A DNA stretch of 64,000 bases from Paraspadella gotoi (GCA_051294375.1 CM119265.1:28520443-28584442); one strand, 5' to 3'; shown: positions 48,521-62,655, counted from the first letter of the stretch. Notes: generated by a model not told the origin, from the sequence alone. Program-made: numbers and translations.

Positions 48521-50214
48521 TATTAGCTGTGACCTTTAGACACAATCAATGATTTTCTTCCATAAATTTGTTTCCTTTCCCGAGGCTAAACTGGTAAATT
48601 AATGAATCTAAGTATTAACTCTGAAAAAATGAATATTTTAATGGAGAAATGAATAGAATAATGAATAAATGAATAAATGAATGCATGAATGAATAAGGAA
48701 CAACCTGTGGCATGTAAAGCGCTAGTTGATTATTTCAATTTGTTAATGAAAACCTGATCACAGATGTGCTTTTCATGAAGGTAATTATCATAATGCGAAA
48801 GAAAATAACTGATTACTGATATTGATGAGGAAACGATGACGTAGTAGGTGGCTGATGTTTTGTTCATTTTAAAGTTGTATCGTTGTATGACGTATAGCAA
48901 GTTACAGTAATTATAAATAATCTGACAATATGACAATCTGTTGGATATGAGACTGTTCCAGACATCGGCGCCAATTTCTTCAGCAAAAATAATGGCCACC
49001 TCAGTTATAAGGTAGATGCTCGTGTTTTTTCCCCGCTTAACTGCAGCGCTCTTTTTTAATTTAATTTAATTTTTACAGGTTCATTTTTAAAAAATAAAAA
49101 TAAATCAACTAATTTTGTTGTCATCTTGCAAACTTTTCTTTTTAGGTTTTAGAAACATCCTATTGCCAAGAGCCAATATCACGATTGCCAACGTTAACCA
49201 CTTTTTTCTTTCGTCTTCTCTTTTCTTAGCAACCAAAAAGAATTATTGCTAAATTATTATCCTGGCTCTCTGTTCCCAAAATTGTATTTTATTGATAATT
49301 TTTAACTTAAATTAATCCTTAACCATAATCTTGAACCATAACCTAAACCCTAATCCTAAACCCATATTTCTAATTTTTAATCTTAATCATTAACCTTAAT
49401 CAGTAACATACAATTCTACATGGTAGTCTTATCCCTATTGGTAAAAAAAATCATATATAACTTTGATCACCCCTCAAAAAATTATCCATTCCCACCCCTT
49501 TCTGTTCAGCCTCTTAGATATTATGATTTTTCATTAATGACTTTCTAACAGAAATGATGTGTGATATCTATTAGAAAACTAGGACAGATAGTAATCTAAC
49601 CTTGTGTTGTATAGATGCTCCCTCTATTTCCAGAAGACAACACTGACTTCCCCTTCCCAAATTGAATTATTAGATAAATAAAACATTTTTAAGAAAGAAA
49701 GCAATATATATTTGATTAAATAATAAGATTAAATACTAAATCCTTCATAAAATATAAAAATAGAAAATAGTGAAACAAGTAATTTGCAAATTTTCATAAT
49801 CAAAAACCTAATCATAAACCCTTACCTCCAATGTAGTCTTTAAATCAAAAAATTAATCTAATTCCAAATTTAAGCTGAAATAGAGCGTTCTGGGAAAATA
49901 AGGCAAAATGGTAATTTTTTTTATTCTCCTAATTCTTTTTCTTTTTTAGGATATCAACATTTTTTCACAGTATTTCTTTTGTGATTTTTCTTTTATATTT
50001 TTGGTAATAGCAGATGCCAAATTGCTCAGAGACCAACCCGCTCCAGCCGAACTGCCCTAGCTTAAAATACAAAGATTCTGATTCTGACAGTAGACCTTGC
50101 CAGAAAATTTGAAGTTTGCTATCCAACTTCGTAGTAGGGCTCAAAACGAGCTTCATACATGCGCGGATGTTTTACAATAGACAGATCTAAATTTAAAAAA
50201 AATTTCATTACAGA

Positions 50215-52479
50215 TTGGTTTTGATTAGCATCAAAATGGATTTCTCACTAATCATGATGTTGTTAAACATTTGTCTCAATGTAGCTGATGTTTTCTCTGA
50301 TCTTCGCTCGATGATTTATTTCACGATGAAACCCTTCAAGATGGATAATAACATAGGTTACACCATTGGTGTCATCTTGCTCATTCACAGCGTCATTTCC
50401 AGTGTTCACGCTTGGAGATATTTGAGAAAGGAGGCCCAATTGTACCCACGCCTCATGAATGGAGTCTGGAGGAAGAAAGCTATTGCTTTAATGTTCCTAA
50501 TGGGTTTGGGTAACGTGATTCTGATCATTGACCAGTGGCTCGATCACCATCAAACTTCTAAAGGTGCTGAATCCCCAACATTTGTCGTCAAATTGCGTAT
50601 TATTTTCTCCTTGAATTTGCTTCAAGTTTTGTTGGAGGCTATTCCTCAATTGCTCCTACAAAGCTTTGCGATCTTCATGGACCTGACCAGCACAACAACT
50701 AAATTGTGCCTGGAAGATTTTCATGTTTTTCAAAGAAAATATATTCTTTACAATCGGGATAATAGTGGTATGTTCGTCCAGACTAATAAATCGTGTAAGT
50801 GCACTGATTTTACTTTAAATTTACGTATCTGCTATTGGCCACCAGAATCTGAAATATATTTAACAATGATTTCTTTCACACTCTCCGCTATTGGTCCAGC
50901 TAATACAGCTATAAAGGGTCGTTTAGAAATAATGAAGCCGAGCAGTATACTCGGTATTGTTCAGGGTGTCATCGGCGTTGCCATTTACTTTTATCTCGTT
51001 TATATCTATACAATAAAATTTTCATTTTTATTTCTTTTACTCTTGCCACTTGTATTGTTTAGAATCTTTACATTCACAGAAATTTTTAAATTGATTCAAA
51101 AGTTTATCTTCAGCCAATGGGAAACTCAGAAAAGAAAAGAGTCTTTCTCTCAATTTTTCGTCATGATTTTTTGGTCATTGTTGATTTCCTCTTTCGTGGG
51201 AGAATCTTATAAACAGTATGAGTTGGATAATGAATACTTTTTTGAACAAAAGATTTCCTTGACTCCATATTTATTTACTCCAGAATATATTCACTGGATA
51301 CACAATGGTGAAGTTGTCTGTTTCACGACTGCTGGTCTGCTCAGTCCTGAAATATGGAAACAAATATTTCCAACTGATGTTCTGCCATCGTGTGAGAGTT
51401 ATTCCGCTCAAAACCCAGGACGAGAAATTGATAAGGGAGGACAGTACAAACTTGGCAACTATATGTTTCTTCAGTGTAAACATCTTACACGGATGATTAT
51501 ATTGATGATAGATGCCGTTATTGGAATGTCATACTTTATCACTTGCTGCATCGAGAGAAAACAATTCATTAACCTATTTCAGTTTATAATAGCGTCTTTG
51601 CTGCCAGTCACGATCTTTATTGCCAATATTTATACCGGATTGAAGTATGAAGAATATTACAAAAAATATAGTTCATTGATATGGCAAAAGGACAACATGA
51701 ATCAAAGAAAATACTTTGAATCAAAAAAAAATACACACCAAAGTTTAATGCTGTTCTCTGATTTCAAATATTCTTTTCTTGCTTTCGCTTTTATCTTTTT
51801 TTTTCTTGAAGGATTTTCAGGGGCAAAATCCTTTTTTTTATGGTCTAAAAGAGATAAAGTATTTTTGATAATAATAGGGGTTATCTCTACTTTTCTCCCT
51901 TTTTTTGCTTATATCAATAAAATGGTCGAAGCAGAAAAGCAGAATATAGGTGATATGTTAGCCAATACCTCAGTCAGAACTTATTTTCAGAAAGGAAATG
52001 AACAACACAAATCTCTTTTCACAACTTTCATGATCGGTGAGACATTTTTCACTGTCTTCACGATCAGTGCGCTACCGTTCTTGGCATGGTTCCATTTGAC
52101 AATAATGAAAACTTGTCGTGCAAAGTTTCCCGCCAAAGTTTTAATGACGCTCGTGCTTTTCATCATTTACGTAGTTTTTGTCAGCATTTTGTTGAACGTA
52201 GAAAAATCTTTGAATAATGAAGCTCACATTGTTTACATGGAAAATTTTGAAAACCTTAAGTTTGATTCAATATCTTATTACTTCAGAGAAACTATCGCTC
52301 CAGAAATGTCGCCCGTCTTTATGTATCTAGAAAAATCAACCTTCTTTATGGATGAAGATGACACAATTGAGTTTAAAAATTTATTGGCATTTATTGATCA
52401 TAAAGTCTATGAAAACTATAGCCTAATAAATACGGTTTTCTTGTTCACAATGGTTGCGGTTGTTCTTTTTTGCAATTAG
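50215..52479 (+). CDS. Uninterrupted multi-pass membrane protein with XK-related (Xkr-like) N-terminal motifs
   Basis: 754 open codons in AT-rich DNA with many hydrophobic helices. LNVADVFSDL and LLEAIPQLLLQ resemble the XK-family D..SD and E..PQL.LQ motifs. The first in-frame ATG is 50236; an acceptor (ttacag) directly precedes 50214. Confidence 0.7.
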   Translation: MVLISIKMDFSLIMMLLNICLNVADVFSDLRSMIYFTMKPFKMDNNIGYTIGVILLIHSVISSVHAWRYLRKEAQLYPRLMNGVWRKKAIALMFLMGLGNVILIIDQWLDHHQTSKGAESPTFVVKLRIIFSLNLLQVLLEAIPQLLLQSFAIFMDLTSTTTKLCLEDFHVFQRKYILYNRDNSGMFVQTNKSCKCTDFTLNLRICYWPPESEIYLTMISFTLSAIGPANTAIKGRLEIMKPSSILGIVQGVIGVAIYFYLVYIYTIKFSFLFLLLLPLVLFRIFTFTEIFKLIQKFIFSQWETQKRKESFSQFFVMIFWSLLISSFVGESYKQYELDNEYFFEQKISLTPYLFTPEYIHWIHNGEVVCFTTAGLLSPEIWKQIFPTDVLPSCESYSAQNPGREIDKGGQYKLGNYMFLQCKHLTRMIILMIDAVIGMSYFITCCIERKQFINLFQFIIASLLPVTIFIANIYTGLKYEEYYKKYSSLIWQKDNMNQRKYFESKKNTHQSLMLFSDFKYSFLAFAFIFFFLEGFSGAKSFFLWSKRDKVFLIIIGVISTFLPFFAYINKMVEAEKQNIGDMLANTSVRTYFQKGNEQHKSLFTTFMIGETFFTVFTISALPFLAWFHLTIMKTCRAKFPAKVLMTLVLFIIYVVFVSILLNVEKSLNNEAHIVYMENFENLKFDSISYYFRETIAPEMSPVFMYLEKSTFFMDEDDTIEFKNLLAFIDHKVYENYSLINTVFLFTMVAVVLFCN

Positions 52480-52525
52480 AGAAACGTTCCAGATTATTTT
52501 TCTCTCTGTCTGTCTCTCTGTCTGA

Positions 52526-52579
<54 letters not shown>

Positions 52580-53983
52580 ATTCAAAGTGTTTTTTTTTTG
52601 TTTCTATCTTTATTTTTTTTAAATCTATCTCTTTACTTAGTTTTTTTATAATTGAAGATATGAGATTATATATGATTAATAATTACTTAAAACTAAAAAA
52701 AATCGATCTCATCAACTTTTTTCATGCGCCTTTTTTTACGACTTATTTAAGTGCATTTGTTTGCAAGCCATGATATTTTTTTAAGATCAGAGATTGTTTA
52801 TTGGACACTATCTCATTTTTCGACCTCTTTAAATATGACCAAAAAACAAGCAAAATACAAACGTTTATTCCGAGGGAATCTTTTTTTCTCCCGCGTTGCT
52901 GTCAGCGATTAGATATTTTTCAAGTGGACGTACTTGACAATGCTACTATCTAGGAAAAAAGTATATCACTTAATTGTCGAAAAGTTTATTTGTTTAATAA
53001 AAAATATACAAAATATGGGTAAAACATTCTTAATATTTGGCATTGACTACTGCCCACATTCGTCTGGGCATGCTCTCGTACAGTATTTTTGGAAAGCGCC
53101 CCTTTTCTTTTCCTATTCCTTAATTACTAACTATAATCTTTCAATTTTTTTTTGGTACCTTGTATTGTATTTCTTTCGTTCTTCTTGATTATTATTTTGT
53201 ATTATTTTTTGTGTATGAGCCTATTTTAGGTGTGTGCACAGCTTTGACGTCCGTTTCAACTAAATACGAACTCGGGAGTTTTTCACAATTGCCCTTTTGT
53301 TTCTTCTTGTGGAGATAAATCTTTATCTTTTAATTTTCTCTTTTTCTTTTTTAAATTAACGTAAAACTATAAAAGCTTAACACCTGTTCATTTCTTAATA
53401 ATTTATTAGTGCTTTAATTTTTTTTCAAACTATTATTATTCTAGGAGGTTCGCAAACTTAATACACAAATAGATTTTGCGTTTGTCCGAATAGAATAAAA
53501 TAACTAAATTTGATATTTCAATATTAATTGGCCTGTGCTGTGATTCATGAAAGTTTAAAAGTAGAATTTGAAATTTTTAATATTTTTTTTAATTCTTTGC
53601 GACGAGAGTAGCTTAAGTGTATTCTTGATTTTGCAACATTGTAATTTTACTATTTCACTGGATTAGACTTTAATTCTTTCTGAGGTTCTTTTAGTTTCTT
53701 TTCACTTTGGGTCCTTCTTACCTTTTGAAACCATTTGATGAAAGTAACTTTAGTGGAAAATATATTATGAATTTTGTTTGGTTCAGTTCCTCTTCATTAA
53801 CTTAACTACCAAATACTAATATTTTTTTTATGTCACAATTGCTTAATTTGAAAAAAATTGAAACATATTTTTTTTCACACAAACAATTTCAGTATCTTTA
53901 TCCTATATTAGATTGTATTTCTGAATACATTTAGTCTATTATTCAATGCGTCTCATTTTGTAATGAGCGATCTTTTGTTTCAG

Positions 53984-55081
53984 ATGTCTATATGTTTTTT
54001 TCTCTTGGTTTTATTGGGACTGATCTCTAGTTCCCTCTGCAGCCAATGCGGACAGGGCGGGATTGGACATCGCGTCGTCGGTGGAAAAGAGGCCGTGCCC
54101 AATAATTGGCCTTGGCAGGTGATCGCTGTTGGACTTGGCAACGTTAAAGACAGTATAAGTTTTTGTTGTTATTTATGGCCTTAAAAAATTGAAATGCGGT
54201 TAGCCTTGTCAATTTGATGATTGCCATGAGTAGACATTGGCATGTTAAGCCTTGATAAAGAAATTGAGCAATGGTTCTGGACTCTGGGCTATTAAAATTT
54301 TGAATAGGACTTGCAATATAACTTTATTATGATACAACTTTACAGGTCTCTCTTTCCCATCGCGGTTGGCATATGTGTGGCGGCACAATCGTCGCCCCTT
54401 CATGGATTGTAACTGCCGGTGAGATTATTAATTTCGAGTCACAAACCTTTGAAGTTTTAGGGTCAGGGGCGGCGAGAGGAGGGGTTTCATTCGCCTCAGG
54501 TCTAAACTTAAAACTTAAAAATAAGAATTTATACTTTGCGTCAAATCTGTCAGTTCGACTTTGAAGTTTTGAATTTAAAATCTGAATAATCCAGAATAAG
54601 TCGAAACGAACAAATACGCTGCATCTCTATCTGAATATATGATTCGTGCAAACATATTTCACAGCCTTAAATTTAACGAGACAAAAAAAAATATAGAAAA
54701 TGATGCCGTGCCTCTCTGTGGGTGTCGTATAGCCCCCACTCTTAGTGTGCCCAGTGGGTCTGGGAGATTTTTCCGTCAGTTGCCTTGCCTTCCGGTGGAT
54801 TAGGGAGCAGGGCTAGAACCCGGGACCATTGGGTTCAAAGAATAAGCGTTGGCTCAGTGCGCAGTCGTATCAAACGTTACAAAAAATTCTTTATCTCACC
54901 CCACTCCCCCCCGCTCGGCACAGGTCACTGTTTCGGTGGGAAATTGGCCGGCACTGCGGATTGGGTTGTGACGGCCGGAGAACATGACCTCAATGATAAA
55001 TCGGGATTTGAGCAAAGGAGGAAAATAGAAAGGTTATTCCGCTTTCATTTAATCAGCATCATAATGATTATTATTGATTAC

Positions 55082-55161
<80 letters not shown>

Positions 55162-57457
55162 TTTTTTCTCTTCTAAACATTTTTCCTATCATCAGACTAA
55201 TCATCCACCCAGACTACAAGGGCGGCGCGACGCCAAATGACATCGCGCTCATCAAATTGGATCGGCCAATGGATTATGGCAAAGCTAAGTTTATAATTTG
55301 AATTGTGACATTGGTGAGCTTGCATTTTGAATTGTAACATTGGAGAGTTTGTATTTTGAATTGTGACATTGGTGAGTTTTCATTTTGAATTGTGACATTG
55401 GAGAGTTTGTATTTTAAATTGTGGCAAAGGTGACTTTATGTTATAATTACATGTATATCATTTTTTTTGTTAAGGGAGCATTTGTATTAGTAAAAATAGT
55501 AATTGTTACATTTTATTTAGTAAACAAAGAGAGTTTATACTTTTATTTATGATAATAATTATATTTGCCTATTTCATTGAGCCAAGGGGCATTTAATTAA
55601 AACTATTAAATTCCCTACTAATTTTTTTAGTTGCTCCGCGAGTACTCGCGGAGCTACTCTATAAGTCACTTTTAAGTCACGCGGTCAGTATGTCTATCTG
55701 TCTGTCCCACTTAGATTAAAAATGCTCATAACTCGCCTATAGTTGGTTGCTTATTTGTTAAGACAAGACAAAACCTCAAATTTAATTGACTGCTAGCGCA
55801 GCCTTCAGGAAATCCTAAAATTATGAAGAATAAAAGACGGCGCAACACATTGGATGGACCGATCTTGTTTTATTTTCTACCACCTCCCCCCCCCCTTATA
55901 AGAGTTGGTGCAGCCTGCCTTCCCGAAGCCAATTCCGATTGGGACAGAAACCAGAGAAACTGCATGTTGACTGGATGGGGATTTACCAAAGGTCCTCAGG
56001 ATAAGACAAAGCTTCAGGAGGTGATTTGATGGAAATAAATATTTATCTGTCTATTAATAAATTAACAAAAATAGGTTGATTAAAGATTGATAAATAGAAA
56101 AAATAAATGAAATAACAATTTTTTTTTTCTTAAGAAACGGCAGGTTGCAAATCGACCTTGATAACGAAAAATTCAAAAAAATCATATTGTCAAATGAACC
56201 TGACGCAATTGGGTCAATTATCGAATGAACCTGACACTATTGGGTCAATTATCTTCGGTTGACAATGTCTTTATCACTTGTACTCATTTCTCGTTATAAC
56301 TTATTTATTTATTTACTATTTCATTATACTACACCTAATTAGCTAATGATTCTCAGGTAGGCGGACCCATTGTGGATCAGCGGGAATGCGGCCTCGTTTG
56401 GCAAAATCAACTCAAATCCACGATGCTTTGTTTTGGAACAGGATTGAAGGTGACTTTGTTTTGGACTTTGTTTTGGACTTTGTTAAAGTGTTAAAGTGTT
56501 TTAAATATTTCCTGCTTCACACAGGGCGGTTGTCAAGGTGACTCCGGCGGGCCGCTCGTTTGTTTCGATGGAACTGGATGGACTCACGTTGGCGTTGTGT
56601 CTTTTGGTGTTGGAAAGTGCAAGGTTTGGAAAGTGAAAGAAATGAAGAAAGAAAGAAAGAAAGAAAGTAATTGTCAACTTGTCGAAATGTCATAATCTCA
56701 CAATCTCTCATTATTGTTCATCAGACGTGCCTGTTAAAATGTCAGTAACCGCTGCATCCTATCAGTCTGAAAATCTGTCAGTGACTTTAGAACAACTGTA
56801 ACACAAAATACAACTGTAATACAAAATTCATATTTTCAGTCGGAAGGAATTCCAACGATTTTCACTCGTGTTTCAAGCTTTAAAAAGTGGATCGACAGAG
56901 CGATTCAAGTTTACGGTGAGTCTGTGACTCTGCCTCACCGTCTCTGATGATTTGTCGACCTGTGGGTTGTAATTAGTTAAAGCGCGATGTGGTAATTCAC
57001 TGGGTCTTTTAGACGTTCAAGTTTAAACTAATAAGTAATGTTCACAAATAATGTTCACAAGTAATGTTCGCAAGTAATGTTCCGAATTGTACAGGAGGTC
57101 CAGACGGAACGGGACCCGAGCCTGAACTCCCAAAGGGCATAATCGGCCCTCGATGCAAAGACTCTGACGGGTGTTCCTTCTTTGCAAAGGTCGGTCATGC
57201 TTGTCTCTCTCTCTCTGTCTCTCTCTCTATCTCTCTCTCTCTCCCTTCCCCACCTATCTTTCCAGGGTGGCAAATGTGGCACCAACACTTGGCTGTTGAC
57301 CGCCTGTCCCAAGGAATGCGGTCTTTGCCTTCCATGCGGAGACAAGGATGTCTTCTGCTCGGAATCCGTGGCCAGAGGAGATTGCGAATCCGTCAGCGAC
57401 AAAACCAAGACGTTGATGTTTAAAAATTGCAATCATTCTTGCAAGCTTTGTCTTTGA
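53984..57457 (+). CDS. Secreted S1A serine protease with two C-terminal ShKT domains
   Basis: Exons 53984-54118, 54346-54418, 54924-55032, 55196-55288, 55903-56020, 56357-56449, 56525-56623, 56840-56915, 57095-57189 and 57266-57457 join in phase. R|VVGG activation site; TAGHC, DIAL and GDSGGP triad motifs; CPKECGLC and CNHSCKLC ShKT ends. Confidence 0.95.
55298..55435. repeat. 29-bp intronic minisatellite next to a donor
   Basis: ttgaattgtgacattggtgagtttgcatt-like units, about 5 copies. Confidence 0.85.
55622..55760 (+). mobile_element. Short HINE-like element of a second family
   Basis: T-run, hairpin AGTTGCTCCGCGAGTACTCGCGGAGCTACT, CTATAAG, GTCT microsatellite and TTGTT end. Confidence 0.5.
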
Positions 57458-59251
57458 TCGCAGATCGTTGTTGCAACTTGCGCCTTTTATCGTTTATTAG
57501 TAGACGCTCTGACTTGCAATTTTAAATGCTCAAGCAATCGTTTTAAAATTACCAGCTTGTTATTGATTTAAAAATGATGATTTTCTTCAAGTTTTTTTAA
57601 ACAATTACAAAAATTAAGCAGTTTTCTAATCATTCAAGAAAAATGACGTGATTAGTGATATCAAAGCAATTCAAATTAAAATAGTTAAATCGTGTAAATT
57701 CACGAAATGAAGATGTGTAATGAATGAAATTGGTACAACCAATATGAAGTTAATTTATTTATTAAATATATACGTTGTCTTGCCCAAGACTTTGGACAGG
57801 CTTTTGTGATTTAAGGCCTACATCCCTCTTACTAAAAAAAACATAGCAGGGCCTTGCAATCTTTCTTATTATTTTTCAAATTAAATTCAAAGATCAATTG
57901 TTATAATTTAATAATTGTTATACATTAATAACTCACTCGTCTCTTCAATAAAGCGTAGACATTATGAGAAATCCTTTATTTCGTTGCGTTTATGAATTAA
58001 AAAGAGTTTGATGTAAGACAAACAACGATTTTTTTTCTTTCTCTCTCTCTTTCTCTCTTTCTCTCTCTCTCACACATTTCTTGTAATGTGCAAATGTTGA
58101 CAATCTCACAATTGATGAAGAAGACTAAAGTCGAAACAGCAACATCAAACTCTCTCTATTCTTCAACACATCTCTTCTTCCTCCTCTTCCTCTTCCTAAT
58201 AACCCACTCCGCTGCCGCCAACGCCATCACTTCGCCGCCGCAAATATAATATGTGAAATATTGTCTCGCCGGCACTTTTTTACAAAGAAGCCCCCTTGCT
58301 GCGGCTCCTGAAGCAGCGGACTCAGACTTATCTTTTGCTCTTTTATCTTTTATCTTTATCAGACGTATCTTTTGCTGCTTCCATCGTCGCTTTATGCGTC
58401 ACTCGTTTTGTCGTCGCTCTCACCGTCGCAACTGCTTCCTCCATCGTTCAAATTATCGTCGTCGTTTCTGTCGATCCCGATCCTGACGGAGGCTTAATTC
58501 TTTCTCTCCGGAGTCACCCAGCAAGATAGAATTTTATTGTTGCAAAAGTAGCGTCGGGAAAAATGACCCTAATCCTTTACCCTAATCCTAACCCTAATCC
58601 CTAACCTAACTTAATATCTATCCTCTAAACTAACCTTATCCCTAACCGAAACCCTAAACAATTGATCCATCGTTCAAATTATCGTCGTCGTATTTGTCGA
58701 TCCTGACTAAGTCATCCAGCCAGAGAAAGCGAGAGAGATTCGCTGCTCCGTAATACGGAAAGGGGGCATCGATGTTTGAAAAGGCCCAATTGGATGATTT
58801 ATTCTTCATAAAATATAGCAGGTCCATGCAAGCTTTCAATCAAGACTCTCTCACAGTCTTGTTTATTCACTCCCAGAGTACCTGGCTTCCCTATCAATGA
58901 AGTGGAATAATATTTCTAAGAATGTTTAAATTGTATGAAAGAAAATTAACAAATTTTATTATGAGGTTTAACCGTTTATTATACAATATAATAAAAATGA
59001 AACAAAACTAAACATAAAAATATTTAAAAAATTTAACAAAAAATGAATTAATATCGTTTGGTCCGTTATCTCTTCGTATTCAGAAATTTTTGAAATGGAG
59101 AAAAGAACAACAAATCGATTTTTGTTTAGTTTAACTTCCCCAGGTCATTTTTGGTTGATGTTGTTCATGTTGTTGATGTTAATGTTGTTCAGTTCCCCAG
59201 GTCATTTTCTGTTGATGTTGTTCATGTTGTTCAGTTTTGAAGTTTTCCAGT

Positions 59252-61346
59252 TTAAAAACCCCAGCTTCTTCTTCCATTCGTGTTGGGTCCGAGTTCGTCA
59301 ACCTCATCTATGATATCGGAAAGCCTGCCCCTCAGCCTCTGGTCGACGGGGAGTGCACAGAGACCGCTGAAGTAAGCCTGGCCGGAGGTCTTTGGCTTCG
59401 GGGTCTTGGTTCCGACGGTGTGCTTGGTCCAGCAATCACCCGTCACGGCGTTAAAGGCATAGACTGCGCAGAGGGGAGGAGTAAGTAGGGGTGAAGGGGG
59501 AAAGTGTTTTGTGTGAATATTCAGATCGCAGCTATTTTTAAACAATATTAACTTAGAATATAGCATAATCATTTAATCATGATTATAGTATTATATTTAA
59601 TTAATTAATTTTGTATCTCTCTCTCTCTCTCTCTCTCGATCATCTTTTTGGAAATAGCCCCATTTCAACTTAAATTTATATTTACTGTAAGTTTCTTTAA
59701 GTTTAAACATTAAAGATTAAATTAAGGATAAAGATTAGGTTTGGGATTAAGTTGATATAAAGGTTAGGGATTAGCTTTAGAATTTAGTTAAAGATTGGGG
59801 TTAAGGAACGAGATTAGATTAAGATTTAGGATTATGGATTAGATTAAGTTTGAGGTTAGGAATTCGATTAATCATTTAAAAAAAGGTTAGATATTCGGGT
59901 TAAAATTAAGTTCAGGGTTTAAGGAACATAAACGGGTCGCTTTCGTATATAAGACTCACGTTTGCAGTATTCGGTATTGAGGCAAGTTTCCTGGCAAGAG
60001 ATGAGGCTGTCCACTTTGTGACGAAGGATGTCGTTCTGCGGATAATCGACGTCTTCCTCGTTGGAGCAGATGGTCACGCGGCCAGAGATCATTGCGCGTT
60101 TGGCGATGCGGTCTTCCATGAGCACGGAGGACTTGAGGAAGCAGACCTTCTGGATGGTGTGGTAAGAATATCCTTCAGGGTGGAGATGGAGGGTGGAGAA
60201 ACAGGGGGAGTGTTGGCTTTAGTTGGTTTGGTCTTTGAAAATAAGATGAGCTAAGAATGAATTTAGTTACGAACCTGCACAAAAAAGAGGGCAATGAATA
60301 ATATTTTGAAAATTAATCATATTATAATCTTTTGTTATAAAATATATTACAGTGTGGATGAACATCAAACTTAATGATATTTATGAAAAAAGAAAATTTA
60401 TAAAAATTAAGCCATGTATTTGTAAACTAAGATGTTTTATAAAAAACTTTTTAAACAGAACGTTATTAAAAAAAATAAAGTATGTTTTTATCACTGGCGT
60501 TAAAGGACTATACCATTTTTATATTAACTTACACTTATGGATTTCCTTATCAAAAATCATTCATAATTCTTTCCAATACATAAATATAATGTTCAAAATT
60601 TAAGGTCCAAGGGTGGCCTCTTTTTTTTCCAAATTAGTAAATTGTGCTCATTTGCTAAAAATAGATTATGTCGACATCACCCTCAATCTTTCCAAGTCAA
60701 GATTATTATAATAATAATAATATTATTATTATAATACGATTGTCACACCCAACGACAATATAACAACAATAACAACAACGACTTACCCCTGCATCCCTGA
60801 GTTTCCTTGCACTTGAGTTGGCAAGCGTTTAAGTTGGGAACGTTAACGATCGGGGTTTGCATATCGTTGCCCTGATACTCGTAACCCAGCTCGTGCGTGG
60901 CGAACAGGTAGGCTGTTAAGAGAATGGTGTGGAAAAACACAGGTAATGAATGATACGTTTATTAGTATTAACTATGAAATTTGTACTTTCAATAGAAAAT
61001 TATCTATTCCTTTAATAAATAAGCTTTCTTATAAATAAGCCTCCATCACTCTTACAGGATAATGACATTGCAGTCACTGCAAGCTTTTAATCAAGACTCT
61101 CACAGTCTCGTTTATTCACTTCAATAATACCGGAACTTTTTAAATACTAAAAAATATTAAGGCTAAATCCATAAATAAATTAAACCCTGTTGAAACGAAA
61201 CTTGACAATTTTGAAATGTATATAGAATAGTTCATCGATGAAGTGATTAGTTATTAATGTTTATTTATCATTGTACAAGAAATTAAGTTACCATTTCCGA
61301 AGGCAAAGCAGCCAACGAGCAACATGAAGAACATAGAGGAATTCAT
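59252..61346 (-). CDS. Secreted protein with two PAN/Apple domains (201 aa)
   Basis: Exons 61346-61292, 60912-60787, 60172-59960 and 59463-59252 with three phase-1 GT-AG introns. Signal peptide; YQGND..ACQLKCKETQGCRGYSY..CFLK and YPQND..SCQETCLNTEYCKLYAF..CWTK. Confidence 0.9.
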
Positions 61347-61447
61347 CTTCGCCTTATTTGTCTTCGTCCGTGAGAGGAAGTGAAATCTTATTTGTGGTGA
61401 ATCGCAAAGTCAGGCCGATCTCTTTTGTGACAAGATTGGATTGTGAA

Positions 61448-61477
61448 GTCTGAGTGGCGAGCGGAGCTTCTTTTATA
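61448..61477 (-). promoter_or_regulatory. TATA box and Inr-like element of the PAN/Apple gene
   Basis: TATAAAA at 61477-61471 and TCAGAC about 25 nt downstream, roughly 100 nt before the ATG. Confidence 0.45.
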
Positions 61478-62655
61478 TGCGGATCGGGACCCTTTAGGTC
61501 GCCATACTGGCACAGTTGCATAATAAAAATATAACAAAAATATTATATTGTTTTATTTGAAGAGACACTGATTATTTTTTCATCAGTTCGTAAATATATT
61601 TTGTTATGTCACCAAGACCAATTTTATACAAAGCACTTTATAACGAAGTTGTATTTATCAAAAGGGATGTTCACATCACTAGTGATTTGTACTATATTCT
61701 AGTGATAATAATGTATAGTTTAAAAAATTTAATCGGTAACGGTGATTGAATTTTGTAAAATTTTTTAAAAAACTTCTATTCCGCATCACTGTGCGGTATG
61801 CAGTGCACAGTGTGCAGATCTCAGCCGGTCTTTGTACTTTGCTGAGTTTCAATTTTATTCTCTTGTTACCTGATCGAAGTCGATGTCAGGCCTATAAGTC
61901 AAGGGGTCGGACTTTTGTCGAGAATAAATCAACTTATAGGTCACTTTCGTCACTATTAAATCTTATTTTAAAATGGTCGAATTTGTTCGTTTATAATTGG
62001 GCGATGGTCAGTTGATTAAAGTAAGGCTTTGTCTTTTATTCCTATTTCGTTTTCTTTTATTAATTATTTGCTTGATGTTTAATCAAGCTCAACAAGCTAA
62101 AATTGTTCATTCTCTAAATTGGTAAGTACTAATTTTGAAGGTAAAAAACTTTGCCAATAACGCAGAAAAACTACATTACTACTGATAAAGATGTCACGCC
62201 TCGACTCTATTTTTAATGTCGTTCGGCCAATTCAAAGGTCTGTTTTTCGGTCCCTCATATTTTTCATAGGCCACTCGTATTCCGAGAGAGATTTTTGATA
62301 TGAAGTTAGTTTCGTTTTAAAACTCATTGAATGTGTTTCGCCCGGAGGAAAATCTGTCTTTACGAGTTTCTGGGGGATTTTCCTTAAATAAATGATTAAA
62401 TATACAAAGTGACTTTTCTCTCATGAACTCACGTTAAGCAATTCGTTTCGGGCGAAATTTCAAACTTAAAACGTTCGATTTCCCGCTGGCATAGAAAATA
62501 TTAAAATATTAAAATATTTTATACAACTACAGAGTGTCCCAATGGTACTGTCTGTCAAGAAAAGCTTACTGCTCCTATACCAGATAGAAAAACTTTAATT
62601 CATTATAATGAATATGCGCACAAGTATGGACCATTTTATAGGATACCTAAGTTTT

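Noticed and set aside
58160-58790. Coding-like GC-richer patches with a short local duplication (58440-58487 vs 58667-58706)
   Set aside because: Stops interrupt the plausible frames and there is no consistent splice chain or recognisable domain.
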